DNA from: Bacteriovoracia bacterium
Lineage (GTDB): Bacteria; Bdellovibrionota; UBA1018; JBFWNL01
NCBI GenBank assembly: GCA_050251055.1
Contig: JBFWNL010000001.1
Location: 299,825-363,824 of the forward strand
Length of the DNA: 64,000 nt
Direction: 5' to 3'
Shown here: positions 39,334 through 48,926 of the stretch, piece after piece
Layout: each line of letters starts with the position of its first letter
Position numbering within the stretch: position 1 is the first letter of the stretch
Translations under genes and position numbers: made by a program
The notes under the pieces: model-generated
Databases searched by the model: none
Told to the model about the DNA's origin: nothing
What the model saw: the letters and a program-made list of their open reading frames with translations, nothing else

Positions 39334-41007
39334 TTATTTCTTGGTGTATTTGCAGGCGGTCGGATTGGATGCCTTCAGGCGAAGGGCCACGAACCCCGGG
39401 CGGACCATCCGGCGTTGCGTGCGGGGGTCGCGTTGCGAAAGTACGAGATTCCGCTCGCGGACCGTGCCGGCGGTCTGGGACGCATCAATGAACTGGATCT
39501 CGTCGCGATGCGGATCATACTTTTTCACGAGCGCCACGTGGCCGATGACTTCTTTGGGATCGCGGTGCACGATGATGTCGCCGGTGGCGAGCGCCTCGCC
39601 GCGATAAATATCCACGGGAATAAAGCTCTCGGCCACCTTCTTTATCAAGCCCGCGCGCTCGCGCGGATAATGCGGCGGGGTCATGAACTTACCTTGCCGC
39701 TTGTATTTCCACATCTGGACGAAGTCGAGGGTCGTAAACCGGGTTTTACGGTCGTCGACCTCGAGCAGCGAGCCCACGAAGGAAGAGCAGTCGACGGCGT
39801 TTGTTTCATTTGCGCCCAAGATGTACCCGTTGTGCAGCAGTGGCAAGCTGATCGTGCCGCCGCCCGCGAGCTGAAGTTTGGGCTGGTAGAGCATACCGAG
39901 CTGGGGCGCGATCGCGGCCTGTCGAGCGGGCGCCAGACCGTGGAACATGACCGCACGATTCGTGAGCGCTTCTTCGGATACGGGCGATACGGGCGATACG
40001 GGTGAGGTCGCCGACCCTGCATTTCCGCCCCCTAACTTCGCCGGGCGGAATAGGCTCACGACTTCTTCAAGCTTCTCCGAAAGCTTCGGCAAAGCCCCCA
40101 CCGGGGGATTGAAAATGTTCAGCGGGAGCTTCATCATGGGCAAATCGGCCTTGGCCTTTTCTTCCTCGATGATGTCGGCGGCATAAGCGGCTTTGTCGGC
40201 GGCGTTCATATAGATATTACGAAAGCGCGCGTTCTCTCCCGAAGGCAATCCGTTCTGAACCCGATCCAGCTTCGCCACCGTTTCGTTGAGTTGGCGGGAC
40301 GCCTGTTTCAGCATCGTGGGATAGTCGGTCAGGCGCGTGTCTGTATAAGCTTCCGTCAGAATCTCCTGATCACGCTGGGCGGTGCTCAGGATCTCCCTTC
40401 GGCGGGCCATGGCCGCGTCGATGAGCTCCGTGCCGCGCGCATTTTCGGTGATGCGGATCGAGTCACGAATCAGACTCGTATCTTGATTGCCGACGAGGGT
40501 GCGAATCCAAGCGTCGTTGCTTCCTCCACCACTGGGTGCCCCCGATTCGACGATCGCCACGGAGGGCGACGAAGGCGGCGGCAGATTCGCCACCGTCGGA
40601 GGCTTGCCGGGCGCCGGCGGCACCACGGGAGTCGGGCTCACGCCTTCCGCGACCGTGGTCGACGGATTGGGAGCCGGCTCGCCGGACTGCCGCGGCGGAG
40701 AAAGGAGGAAACGGCCGACCTCTTCAAACGGGTTCGTGGCAGGGCAGGACTGGGGCTCCGAGGCGAGTCCCATGAAGCGCCCGTGGGCCTCGGAAGGCGC
40801 AGCCGCGCCCGCGCCCGTGCCCTCCACGTCGTCGGCGGCATCGCCTTGGCAACGCGTGAAGAAGCCCGGATCCCAGCCCAGTTTCCGACAGTCATCGGGA
40901 CCATCGGCCACGACATACAATCCGGCGGCCGCCAAGCACGCGGTCAAGCCCATCAGTTTTCTAGATAACGACGTTCTATCCAATTCACCCGCCTTACGTC
41001 CAAACAA
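39334..41007 (-). CDS. Exported protein with C-terminal NlpC/P60-like catalytic domain
   Basis: N-terminal hydrophobic segment, Pro-rich linker, VDCSSFV...GDII...GHVALV...IDAS. Confidence 0.7.
   Translation of the reverse strand: MFGRKAGELDRTSLSRKLMGLTACLAAAGLYVVADGPDDCRKLGWDPGFFTRCQGDAADDVEGTGAGAAAPSEAHGRFMGLASEPQSCPATNPFEEVGRFLLSPPRQSGEPAPNPSTTVAEGVSPTPVVPPAPGKPPTVANLPPPSSPSVAIVESGAPSGGGSNDAWIRTLVGNQDTSLIRDSIRITENARGTELIDAAMARRREILSTAQRDQEILTEAYTDTRLTDYPTMLKQASRQLNETVAKLDRVQNGLPSGENARFRNIYMNAADKAAYAADIIEEEKAKADLPMMKLPLNIFNPPVGALPKLSEKLEEVVSLFRPAKLGGGNAGSATSPVSPVSPVSEEALTNRAVMFHGLAPARQAAIAPQLGMLYQPKLQLAGGGTISLPLLHNGYILGANETNAVDCSSFVGSLLEVDDRKTRFTTLDFVQMWKYKRQGKFMTPPHYPRERAGLIKKVAESFIPVDIYRGEALATGDIIVHRDPKEVIGHVALVKKYDPHRDEIQFIDASQTAGTVRERNLVLSQRDPRTQRRMVRPGFVALRLKASNPTACKYTKK
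39977..40003 (+). repeat. 9-bp in-frame tandem repeat (3 copies) encoding SPV repeats
   Basis: GATACGGGC GATACGGGC GATACGGGT. Confidence 0.8.
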
Positions 41008-41056
41008 CCCTACAACTCGACGGAAAAAATAACCCTAGTTTATAAAAGCCAAAACT

Positions 41057-41968
41057 TTATATCGCCACCTCGGCCGCCGCCCGGCCCGAGGCTTGCGACG
41101 GCGCGGACTCGCCCGTCGCCGGATCGGCGGGCTTCGTTTCGCGACGGTTACTGAGCGCCGTGGCGTCCGACGCCGCTGGACGGCGGTCGGCGATCCCGCC
41201 GGCCCGGATATCGGCGATCAAGGCCTGCGCGGCCTGCGTACCCCAGGCATCGCAGCCCAATACCGCTTGGTCGGCTTGCGCCAGATCGGCGGGCTTCGCG
41301 TGCTCCAATACGCAGTCTTTATGATCAGGACCGTGCGCGTGCTCGGCATCGTACGACGAGTCAGGCGAAGAATCATGGCCCGCGTGGCCAATGAGCTCAA
41401 AAAAGCGTACTTTCAAATTGGAGATCCAGGTACGGCCCAGGCGAGCGACCTCTAATCTCATCTTCTCGTTCAATGCCTCCGCGTGGCAGGCGTCCACGCG
41501 GGCGTCGTCGATCGTGCGCGTGAAACCCTGATTGTAGGCGGCCACGCATTGGGTACTGCCCGCCGGCGCGTTCGACTTGAGTTCGGTTAAAATTTTCGCG
41601 ACGGTATCGCCGTAGGCTTTTACGCAGCATTCGGCGAGCGGCTGACGGCCCCCCCGATCACACGCGGACTGGGCATCGCCAATGCGCAAGCCCGTGGCCG
41701 CAGCCACCCCGCGCTCAAAATCACGGCGACTCTCGCCGGTGCGGCAATTTTCCGGAATCGGGTTCGGAGACTTGGCATCCCCGCCGGCGTAGCGAGTGGC
41801 AAGACGTCCGGAGTAAGCCGCCGTATCGGCGAGCATTTGATCCAGCACTTGCTTCGCGCGGGCCTGCAGGACCATCAGCGCGGCAGGATTCATGGGAAAG
41901 GCATAAAGCTGACCGGCAAAGGTCACGGCCGTAAGCGCGATGCCCAAAGTCCAATACGTTTTCTTCAC
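41057..41968 (-). CDS. Secreted Cys-containing hypothetical protein
   Basis: Signal peptide MKKTYW...LYA; 8 Cys; preceded by a sigma54 site. Confidence 0.7.
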   Translation of the reverse strand: MKKTYWTLGIALTAVTFAGQLYAFPMNPAALMVLQARAKQVLDQMLADTAAYSGRLATRYAGGDAKSPNPIPENCRTGESRRDFERGVAAATGLRIGDAQSACDRGGRQPLAECCVKAYGDTVAKILTELKSNAPAGSTQCVAAYNQGFTRTIDDARVDACHAEALNEKMRLEVARLGRTWISNLKVRFFELIGHAGHDSSPDSSYDAEHAHGPDHKDCVLEHAKPADLAQADQAVLGCDAWGTQAAQALIADIRAGGIADRRPAASDATALSNRRETKPADPATGESAPSQASGRAAAEVAI

Positions 41969-42011
41969 GTTGCACTCTCCGCTTCTAAACTCTCTCAGTA
42001 CATGAATTTAG

Positions 42012-42027
42012 AGCAAGGGATGTGCCA
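42012..42027 (-). promoter_or_regulatory. Sigma54 (-24/-12) promoter
   Basis: Minus strand TGGCAC-ATCCC-TTGCT, 43 nt upstream of the start at 41968. Confidence 0.78.
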
Positions 42028-42148
42028 ATAAAGAGCTTGAATTCCTTGGGTTTTCCCGGGGTCCGCAGCGGCAAAAATGTCGAGAAACTCCGCGCTGTCA
42101 ATAAGTTCGACAGGCGCGCAACCGTTCGTAGAAAACTCAGCGGAAAGC

Positions 42149-42778
42149 TCAGCGGCGAACGTGATTGGAGAGCTCGTTCCGGTCGTCGGCGGAAGGCGGG
42201 AAATGCTCGGCGAGCTTGGTGCCCATCTGCTCGATCGCCTCGCAAAGCGCGGGAGTCGCCCGGTTCGCATGAATACCTCGAACCACGTGTTGAACCTGGT
42301 CATTCCAGTAGCCGACCGGCGTTTTCGCGTAAATCCCCTTATCGGCCAAGATCTCCACCGTTTTTTCCAGCTCGGACACGTAGATCAGAATGCCCGTACG
42401 ATCCCGAGTTTCCGTGAGACCTTGCGCAATGAAACTCGCCATGCACTTCTCATGGACCGCGCGCCGCACGGACTCACTTCCTAACAAACGAGCCCGTATT
42501 CCGTCGAGTCGAGATGCCCACGCGCCAAGCCACACGCCGACGAGCTGCAGTCCCGCGAGACCCCAAAGCGGACAAACCCCAGCGCTCCGAAACTCCCAGG
42601 TCGCGACCGCTCCCGTGGCGAGGAGCCAACCCACGACGGCTCCCGCCACCGTCAATCCGAAATATTCCGAACTCGCGGGCACGACGAGCGCGACGATTTC
42701 GCCCGCGGTTTTTTGCTCCGCGCGCGCGATCGCCTCTTCGATCGAACGAAAATCGGCCGGACCAAATAACTTGCTCAT
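42149..42778 (-). CDS. TPM-domain membrane protein
   Basis: AEQKTAGEIV, TRDRTGILIY, ILADKGI, NELSN. Confidence 0.88.
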   Translation of the reverse strand: MSKLFGPADFRSIEEAIARAEQKTAGEIVALVVPASSEYFGLTVAGAVVGWLLATGAVATWEFRSAGVCPLWGLAGLQLVGVWLGAWASRLDGIRARLLGSESVRRAVHEKCMASFIAQGLTETRDRTGILIYVSELEKTVEILADKGIYAKTPVGYWNDQVQHVVRGIHANRATPALCEAIEQMGTKLAEHFPPSADDRNELSNHVRR

Positions 42779-42797
42779 AAGCTCCTACCTTGATTCG

Positions 42798-43595
42798 TCA
42801 CCATCGCGAGGACGCCCCACCGCCACCAAAACTCCCCCCGCCTCCCGAGTATGAGCTTCCACCGGAACCAAATCCACCGAACCCGCCGCCGCCGAAGCCG
42901 CCGCGCCGACCGCCGCCGCGATAGTAATGCCGCCGTCCCCCGCCCATTCGGTTCAAGGCGGACAATATAAGAAACAACGCCACGAGCGCGAACCAAAGCC
43001 CGGGGCCGCCGCCGTTTGCCGAGCGCGAGCGCTCGGGTTTCCGCGGTGGCGAAGCGCTCTCCGCCAGAGCGATCTCCACGTTCAGCTTCTTAGCGATCGC
43101 CTGCACGCCCGCCATCAGACCCATGCCAAACTGGGCCTTGCGGAAATAGGGAACCATCACGTCATCCAACACCTGTTTGCTAAAAGCGTCGGTGATGTCA
43201 CCCTCAAGACCGTAGCCTACCTCGAGCCTTGCCTGACCGTCCTTCGGCGCCAGCACCAGCAAAAGGCCCCGATCCGCCCCCTTGCGCCCCAGCTTCCACT
43301 TTTCCGCCACGGCCAGCGAATAAGACTCGATGTCGCGCCCTTCGAGCGATGGTGTGATCAGAATGCCGAGCTGGGCGTTCGCTCGCGAACCAAATTCGCG
43401 AATCATCCCTTCTAAGGCCGCCACCTCGGAAGGCGGAATGCTCTGGGTAAGATCGTGCACGGGCCGAGAAAGCTCGGGAATTTCGGGGGCAGCTCCCGAG
43501 GCCGCGGGGTCCGCCCCCGCGATAGGAGCCAGGCAGGCAAGTGCCCACGCTACCGTAGCCAACCGAAATGAAAAAAAACTTCGCTTAGAATTCAA
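42798..43595 (-). CDS. TPM-domain protein (YgcG-like) with Gly-rich tail
   Basis: SLEGRDIESY, WKLGRKG, RLEVGYGLEG, GGGSFGGGGASSRW. Confidence 0.92.
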   Translation of the reverse strand: MNSKRSFFSFRLATVAWALACLAPIAGADPAASGAAPEIPELSRPVHDLTQSIPPSEVAALEGMIREFGSRANAQLGILITPSLEGRDIESYSLAVAEKWKLGRKGADRGLLLVLAPKDGQARLEVGYGLEGDITDAFSKQVLDDVMVPYFRKAQFGMGLMAGVQAIAKKLNVEIALAESASPPRKPERSRSANGGGPGLWFALVALFLILSALNRMGGGRRHYYRGGGRRGGFGGGGFGGFGSGGSSYSGGGGSFGGGGASSRW

Positions 43596-44169
43596 CCTTG
43601 GGAACCTCTTTTTGCTCCGCGGACGCCGTGAAGGTCTCGCGGGGTTTCATCCCGAGCAGGAATTTTGCCGTCAGATTCGTGGGAAAATGACGTACGCCCA
43701 GATTGAACTGGGCGACCTGGTCAATATACCGCTTCCGAGCCACGGCGATGCGATTCTCGGTCCCTTCCAGCTGGGCCTGCAGGTCACGAAACTGGGTGTT
43801 AGCCTTGAGATCGGGATACTTCTCCACAACGACCATTAGGCGCGAGAGGGCGCTGCTGAGTCCCGACTGCGCATTCTGGAAATTTTCGAACGACTTGGCA
43901 TCCGAGTCCACGTTCACCGTGGTCTGGGTGGCCTTGGCACGCGCCTCGACCACCGATTGGAGGGTTTGCGCTTCGTGCTTGGCGTATCCTTTCACCACAC
44001 TCACCAGATTCGGGATGAGTTCGTGGCGCCGGGTGTATTGGTTTTCCACTTCCGCCCAGGCCGCCTTCACCTGCTCGTCCGCCGTCTGAAGACTATTGTA
44101 CCCACAGCCATTGGCGGAAACGGCAATGAACGTCAAAAAAATGGCTCTTGAGACAAACGCTTTGGTCAT
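43585..44169 (-). CDS. lemA: LemA family protein
   Basis: CGYN, RRHELIPNLV, YPDLKAN, LEGTENRIAVAR. Confidence 0.95.
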   Translation of the reverse strand: MTKAFVSRAIFLTFIAVSANGCGYNSLQTADEQVKAAWAEVENQYTRRHELIPNLVSVVKGYAKHEAQTLQSVVEARAKATQTTVNVDSDAKSFENFQNAQSGLSSALSRLMVVVEKYPDLKANTQFRDLQAQLEGTENRIAVARKRYIDQVAQFNLGVRHFPTNLTAKFLLGMKPRETFTASAEQKEVPKVEF

Positions 44170-44334
44170 AAATTCTATCCAGACTCCTTTTTCGCCAGTT
44201 TAGGAAACGAGAAGCACAGGGTCAAGCACGGAGCGATCTAGTCAACGACATGTAAATTTGCGCCAAAGTTTTTCTGGAAAGAATAATGTCAATTCCCCCC
44301 GCCCCCCGTCCGATGTTAAATTACGAGAATAGCT

Positions 44335-46416
44335 ATGAAAAACTCCCTACCGTTGGCGAAGCGACTCCTGAACCTGCTCCCGGGACTCCCGGCGATCGTG
44401 ATCTCACTCGCGCTCCTGGGGCCTGCGAGTGTACCGAGCTGGGGAGCGCTCACCTCCAACTCATCGCTACGCTGCGAGAATATCCCGCAACTCTTCAAAG
44501 CATTCCTAGTGCACCACGTGAAGTCCAAGGACATGAACGAGGACCTAAAGAAACGCACGGTCGATCTTTACATCAAGAGCATGGATCCGTCGAAGACGCG
44601 CATCCTGGAATCCGATCTCCCAAAAATGCGCGCGGACCTGTTGGCGCTTTTCGATTCTATGAATCGCGCCAATTGCGAAGTGCTCAGCACCCTTCACCAC
44701 GACATGGTGAAACGCGCGAAGGAGATCGAGGATTTCGTACGCAAGACCGTCACCGACAAAAACTACAAGCTCGACGAAACGGTTGAACTCGTCATCGATC
44801 CCGACAAGCGCGGCTACCCGAAGTCCGCGAAGGAACGCAGCGATCTCCTGCTCAAGCTGATTCACTTTCAAGTCACGAACTACCTGAGCGCGGGGACGAA
44901 GCTCGAAGACGCCAAAACCCAGCTCGTCCACCGCTACGAGCTCTTCACCAAGCGTACCGAGGAGGAAGACCTGGGCGATCTATTCTCGCTGCTCGTCGAC
45001 GCTTTCGCCAACGCGATGGATCCACACTCGAGTTATCTTTCACCCGAGGTGCTCGAGGATTTCCAGATCAGCATGGGACTGTCACTCGAAGGGATCGGCG
45101 TCTCGCTCACTTCCCGGGACGGCTACACCGTGGTCGAGGAGATCATCCCCGGCGGCGCGGCCCATAAGCTGCAAATCCTAAAACCCAAAGACAAGATCAT
45201 GTCCGTGAAGCAGGAAACCGGCGAGCCGGTGAATATCATGGACATGGCGTTGCGCGACGTCGTGCGCATGATCCGCGGAAAGAAGGGCACGAAGGTCACC
45301 TTGAGTATCCTCCGCCAAGGCGAGAAGACGGAGCGACTGAGCGCGACCATCACCCGCGACAAGATCGACCTCACCGAGCAAGCCGCGAACGTGAAGTTCG
45401 AGAAAAAGGCCATCAATGGCAAGAACTACAAGTTCGCCCTCGTGGACCTCCCTTCCTTTTACGGGGACAAGGATCCCGCGAAGCGCTCCTCGTATAAAGA
45501 CATGCTCGAGATCATGCGCAAGATCAAAAAAGAAAAGGTGGACGGTGTCGTGCTGGACCTTTCGCGCAATGGCGGTGGCCTCTTGACCGACGCCGTGAAG
45601 ATCTCCGGCCTGTTCGTGAAGACGGGCGGCGTGGTCGCGACCAAGGACTCCCAAAACCATGTCGAGGTCCTGACCGATACCGACGAGGATATTAACTACG
45701 CCGGCCCCCTCGTGGTGCTCGAGAGCCGCTTGAGCGCCTCGGCATCCGAGATCGTGGCGGGCGCCTTGAAGGATTACCGACGCGCGATCATCGTGGGCGA
45801 CGACCACACTTTCGGCAAGGGCACGGTGCAGTCCGTGCTTCCGCTCCCGAACGGGTTCGGCGCCCTGAAGGTGACGAGCGGCTTATTCTTCCGCCCGCAG
45901 GGCATGTCCACTCAGCACGAAGGCGTGCGCGCGGACATCGTCATCCCGTCGCTCTACAACATGGATGACCTGGGCGAAAAGTCGCTCGATTACTCCCTCC
46001 TTCCGGAAAAGATCCCGCCCTTCGTGAACCTGAGCGACGCGGCCCGCATCGGCTCGGACAAGTGGACGCCGCTCACCGACACCGTGATCGCGGATCTGGC
46101 GAAACGCTCGGAAGCCCGCGTGTCCCAGAGCAAGGAATTCAAGGAGCTCAAGGAAAAGCTCGAGAAAGCCAAACGCAATAAAGGCACGGTGAAGCTCTCG
46201 GACGTCCGCAAGGAGAGCGAAGAAGAAGAAAAGAAGACCGTGTGGAAGACCGGCCCTAAGAAGAACAAGGAAAAGACTTTACGCGAGCAGGCCGAGGAAG
46301 CACGCGCGCCTCAGATCAAGGAAGCGATGAACATCTTAGCCGACTACGTAGGCGCGCACCTCACCGCCCCGAAGCTCGTGCAGGGTGAAGGCGCCGCCGC
46401 CGGACGTAAAAACTAA
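44335..46416 (+). CDS. prc: Carboxy-terminal processing (tail-specific) protease, S41
   Basis: DPHSSY, LEGIG, PDZ domain, DLSRNGGG, SASASEI, TFGKGTVQ. Confidence 0.92.
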   Translation: MKNSLPLAKRLLNLLPGLPAIVISLALLGPASVPSWGALTSNSSLRCENIPQLFKAFLVHHVKSKDMNEDLKKRTVDLYIKSMDPSKTRILESDLPKMRADLLALFDSMNRANCEVLSTLHHDMVKRAKEIEDFVRKTVTDKNYKLDETVELVIDPDKRGYPKSAKERSDLLLKLIHFQVTNYLSAGTKLEDAKTQLVHRYELFTKRTEEEDLGDLFSLLVDAFANAMDPHSSYLSPEVLEDFQISMGLSLEGIGVSLTSRDGYTVVEEIIPGGAAHKLQILKPKDKIMSVKQETGEPVNIMDMALRDVVRMIRGKKGTKVTLSILRQGEKTERLSATITRDKIDLTEQAANVKFEKKAINGKNYKFALVDLPSFYGDKDPAKRSSYKDMLEIMRKIKKEKVDGVVLDLSRNGGGLLTDAVKISGLFVKTGGVVATKDSQNHVEVLTDTDEDINYAGPLVVLESRLSASASEIVAGALKDYRRAIIVGDDHTFGKGTVQSVLPLPNGFGALKVTSGLFFRPQGMSTQHEGVRADIVIPSLYNMDDLGEKSLDYSLLPEKIPPFVNLSDAARIGSDKWTPLTDTVIADLAKRSEARVSQSKEFKELKEKLEKAKRNKGTVKLSDVRKESEEEEKKTVWKTGPKKNKEKTLREQAEEARAPQIKEAMNILADYVGAHLTAPKLVQGEGAAAGRKN

Positions 46417-46428
46417 GCTGCGTCCCGC

Positions 46429-46698
46429 CTAACCCGATTTGCGAGTGGCGAGTTTACGGACGGGAGCAGAAGGCGCCGGCGCTTGAGCGTTGGCTTCCGC
46501 GAAAATCTTCCTTACGGTTTGATTCAGCGACGTGATGAGCTTTTGATAGTCTTCCTTAATATCCTGCGACATCAAGGCGGTGGTTTCGTTCAAGTCGAGA
46601 AGCGCTTCCGGCAATACTTTAACCGGCGCGGCGACCGCCGGCAGCCCACAAACCCAAGACATACTCATAGCCACTAACGCGATCAGGATGGTCTTCAT
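46429..46698 (-). CDS. Small secreted hypothetical protein
   Basis: GAGGGG RBS; signal peptide MKTILIALVAM. Confidence 0.55.
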   Translation of the reverse strand: MKTILIALVAMSMSWVCGLPAVAAPVKVLPEALLDLNETTALMSQDIKEDYQKLITSLNQTVRKIFAEANAQAPAPSAPVRKLATRKSG

Positions 46699-46913
46699 GC
46701 TTGAATCCCCTCTGCATTCCCTGTTTCGGTGTCACATCATGTGACGACTCCGGTGGGCGAACTCGCGTAAACTTCAACTTCTGCGGCTTGAATAGGAGTA
46801 GGAACTGCGACCACTCCCCCCGGAAAGAAACGGTAACAGTGATCCCGAAGGCGGTCAAATTTCCCGCCCCAAAAAAAGAAATATTAAGCAATTTCTAGCG
46901 CTTGGCGCGCAGC

Positions 46914-48137
46914 CTAAAAGCTGAATCCGAGGCCTGCCCGCAGGCAATACGAGTTACTGGTGTTGGTGGAACCCGTCCGGACCGAGGCCAACAGCAGATC
47001 GCCGCCGACGAAGACGCGGTCGATGATGCCCACCAGGGGGCTACCAAAGCGGGCCCCGAGATTCATGGACAGTCCCCCCTGCGTCCCCTGCCCGCTCCAG
47101 ACCTGGAGCGTAGGCCCCAGCTCCACCAGTATGGGCGACAGAAACTGGAGACTGGCGAGAAACTTCAGGTCGATGCCATACACCGACGTCACCGGCAGAT
47201 CCGGCTTGCCGTAGAAAAACGAAATCCATCCCCGAAGCTCGAGCGAGTCCGGCATCACGCTGACCGTCGGATTCCAGCTCAAGCCAAAGCCGTTGTACTG
47301 AATCTCGGGCGTAGCTTGGCGAAAGTACGCGCGCTGCCAATAGGCCTGGAACGCGTTCATCCGGGTCGCGCCGGTGAATTCTTGCGCCGGGGCTGGATTA
47401 TTCTTGCCCGCATAACCCTTGGATGAGTCGATCGGCGGTGACGGATCGTCATTCTCGACCGGCGGCACGTCGCCCCCAACCGCGAAAAACTGATCGAGGT
47501 TTACCCCTTGCACCGGCAACTCCGCGCCCTGACCCGTAGTCGGCGAGGAAATGCCGCCCTTATCGACCTGGACCTGGAAGCCCGCGGCCACCGAAGTGCC
47601 CTGGCCCGAAAAAAGCACATTCTCCGTCTTCGCTACTTCGACCGCTCCGTCCACCACGAAAACCTGAGTGGCGACGTCCGCGCTCGTGACCTGAAGCTCC
47701 GTCCCCCGCACGCCGACCACGGCCTGCTTGGTCTTTATGACTAAACGAAAGGCGCGTCTGCGAGCACCCTCGTCCGTCCCTTCGGACTTCCTGCCAAGTA
47801 CGCGGAGGCGGCCCCTCTGAAGGCGGATCGCGTGGGAAACCTGGGACGTCTTGCCGAACTGAACCGCGGTATTTTCGTCGAGGATCAAAACGAAGCGATT
47901 GGAGAGCGTCAGCGTCAAGCGCTGACCCTTTCCCGAACTCATGCTATCGCCGGGATTGATCTCGTCACCACGGGTGAGCGACCGGGCAAAGCCCGCATTC
48001 TCAACCTCCAGCTTGGGATCGCCGCCATCCACGCCTTGCAGAACCGAATAGGGGTCCTGCGCGAAAGCACTTCCCAAGCTGGCCAGGGAAAGCTGGAAGA
48101 CGGAAGCAAAACTGAAGGCCAGTAAAGTTCGTTTCAT
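46914..48137 (-). CDS. FecR-domain protein fused to a C-terminal beta-barrel
   Basis: LDENT, LQRGRL, TKQAVVGVRGT, VVDGAVEV; ends AGLGFSF. Confidence 0.78.
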   Translation of the reverse strand: MKRTLLAFSFASVFQLSLASLGSAFAQDPYSVLQGVDGGDPKLEVENAGFARSLTRGDEINPGDSMSSGKGQRLTLTLSNRFVLILDENTAVQFGKTSQVSHAIRLQRGRLRVLGRKSEGTDEGARRRAFRLVIKTKQAVVGVRGTELQVTSADVATQVFVVDGAVEVAKTENVLFSGQGTSVAAGFQVQVDKGGISSPTTGQGAELPVQGVNLDQFFAVGGDVPPVENDDPSPPIDSSKGYAGKNNPAPAQEFTGATRMNAFQAYWQRAYFRQATPEIQYNGFGLSWNPTVSVMPDSLELRGWISFFYGKPDLPVTSVYGIDLKFLASLQFLSPILVELGPTLQVWSGQGTQGGLSMNLGARFGSPLVGIIDRVFVGGDLLLASVRTGSTNTSNSYCLRAGLGFSF

Positions 48138-48204
48138 GACGCGCCGATTCTCCCCTTGGATATAATTTCAGAAGTTACCAGCAAAACCATTATAATCAAA
48201 GGGA

Positions 48205-48924
48205 ATGTTCTCTTGGCTGAACCCCACCGGCGGGGCGCTTTATCACCTTCGAGCTTGGCGCTACCGCGAAACACTCTGGCGTGAGTTTCGAGAAACGCTC
48301 GCCGCTTGCTTAACCCAATGGCATCCCCCCGCATCGCGCCTGCTCCTGATCGGTCCCAGCGCGGGCTACTGCCTGGACGAAAATCTTCTTCGCCGCTTCG
48401 AGCAAATCGACGCGATCGAACCCGACCCGCTCGCGGGTTGGTTCTTGCGGCGCCGTTTCGCGCGGGTGCGCCCCATCCGGATCCACCGTACGAGCTTCTT
48501 CGAAGGCCCCGCACACGCCTACCGCACGCGACTCGCCGACTTTCCGGAGCACGCCGTGCTCTTTTGCAACGTGCTGGGCCAGCTCAAGTTCAGTCCCGAG
48601 TTCTGGGAAAACGACGCCGCGTTCGCGGGGTTTCGTAAAGCGCTAGCGCGGGATCTGAGCGCCCGGCACTGGGCGAGTTTTCACGACCTACTGTCTGGGC
48701 CCTCGCCCAAACGCGTGCCGCCGCCTTGGGAGCTTGAGCGCGCGCAGAGTAACCCGGAAATCGCCCGGCGCCTCTACACGAACCTTGAACCTGCGCCACG
48801 TACGCCGTCCGTCGAGCTAGTCGATCACTTCATGGAAGGGTTCTTTCCCGATCGCCCGCGCACGATATTACATTGGCCGCTCAAGCCGGGCACCTCGCAT
48901 TGGATCGAGTTCATTCAGTCTTGA
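48205..48924 (+). CDS. Hypothetical protein, possible SAM-methyltransferase-like fold
   Basis: LLLIGPSAGY followed by DAIEPDP; FCNVLGQL. Confidence 0.6.
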   Translation: MFSWLNPTGGALYHLRAWRYRETLWREFRETLAACLTQWHPPASRLLLIGPSAGYCLDENLLRRFEQIDAIEPDPLAGWFLRRRFARVRPIRIHRTSFFEGPAHAYRTRLADFPEHAVLFCNVLGQLKFSPEFWENDAAFAGFRKALARDLSARHWASFHDLLSGPSPKRVPPPWELERAQSNPEIARRLYTNLEPAPRTPSVELVDHFMEGFFPDRPRTILHWPLKPGTSHWIEFIQS

Positions 48925-48926
48925 GC

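Noticed and set aside
42149-44169. lemA-TPM-TPM operon as a novel system
   Set aside because: A widespread, commonly seen arrangement with nothing unusual here.
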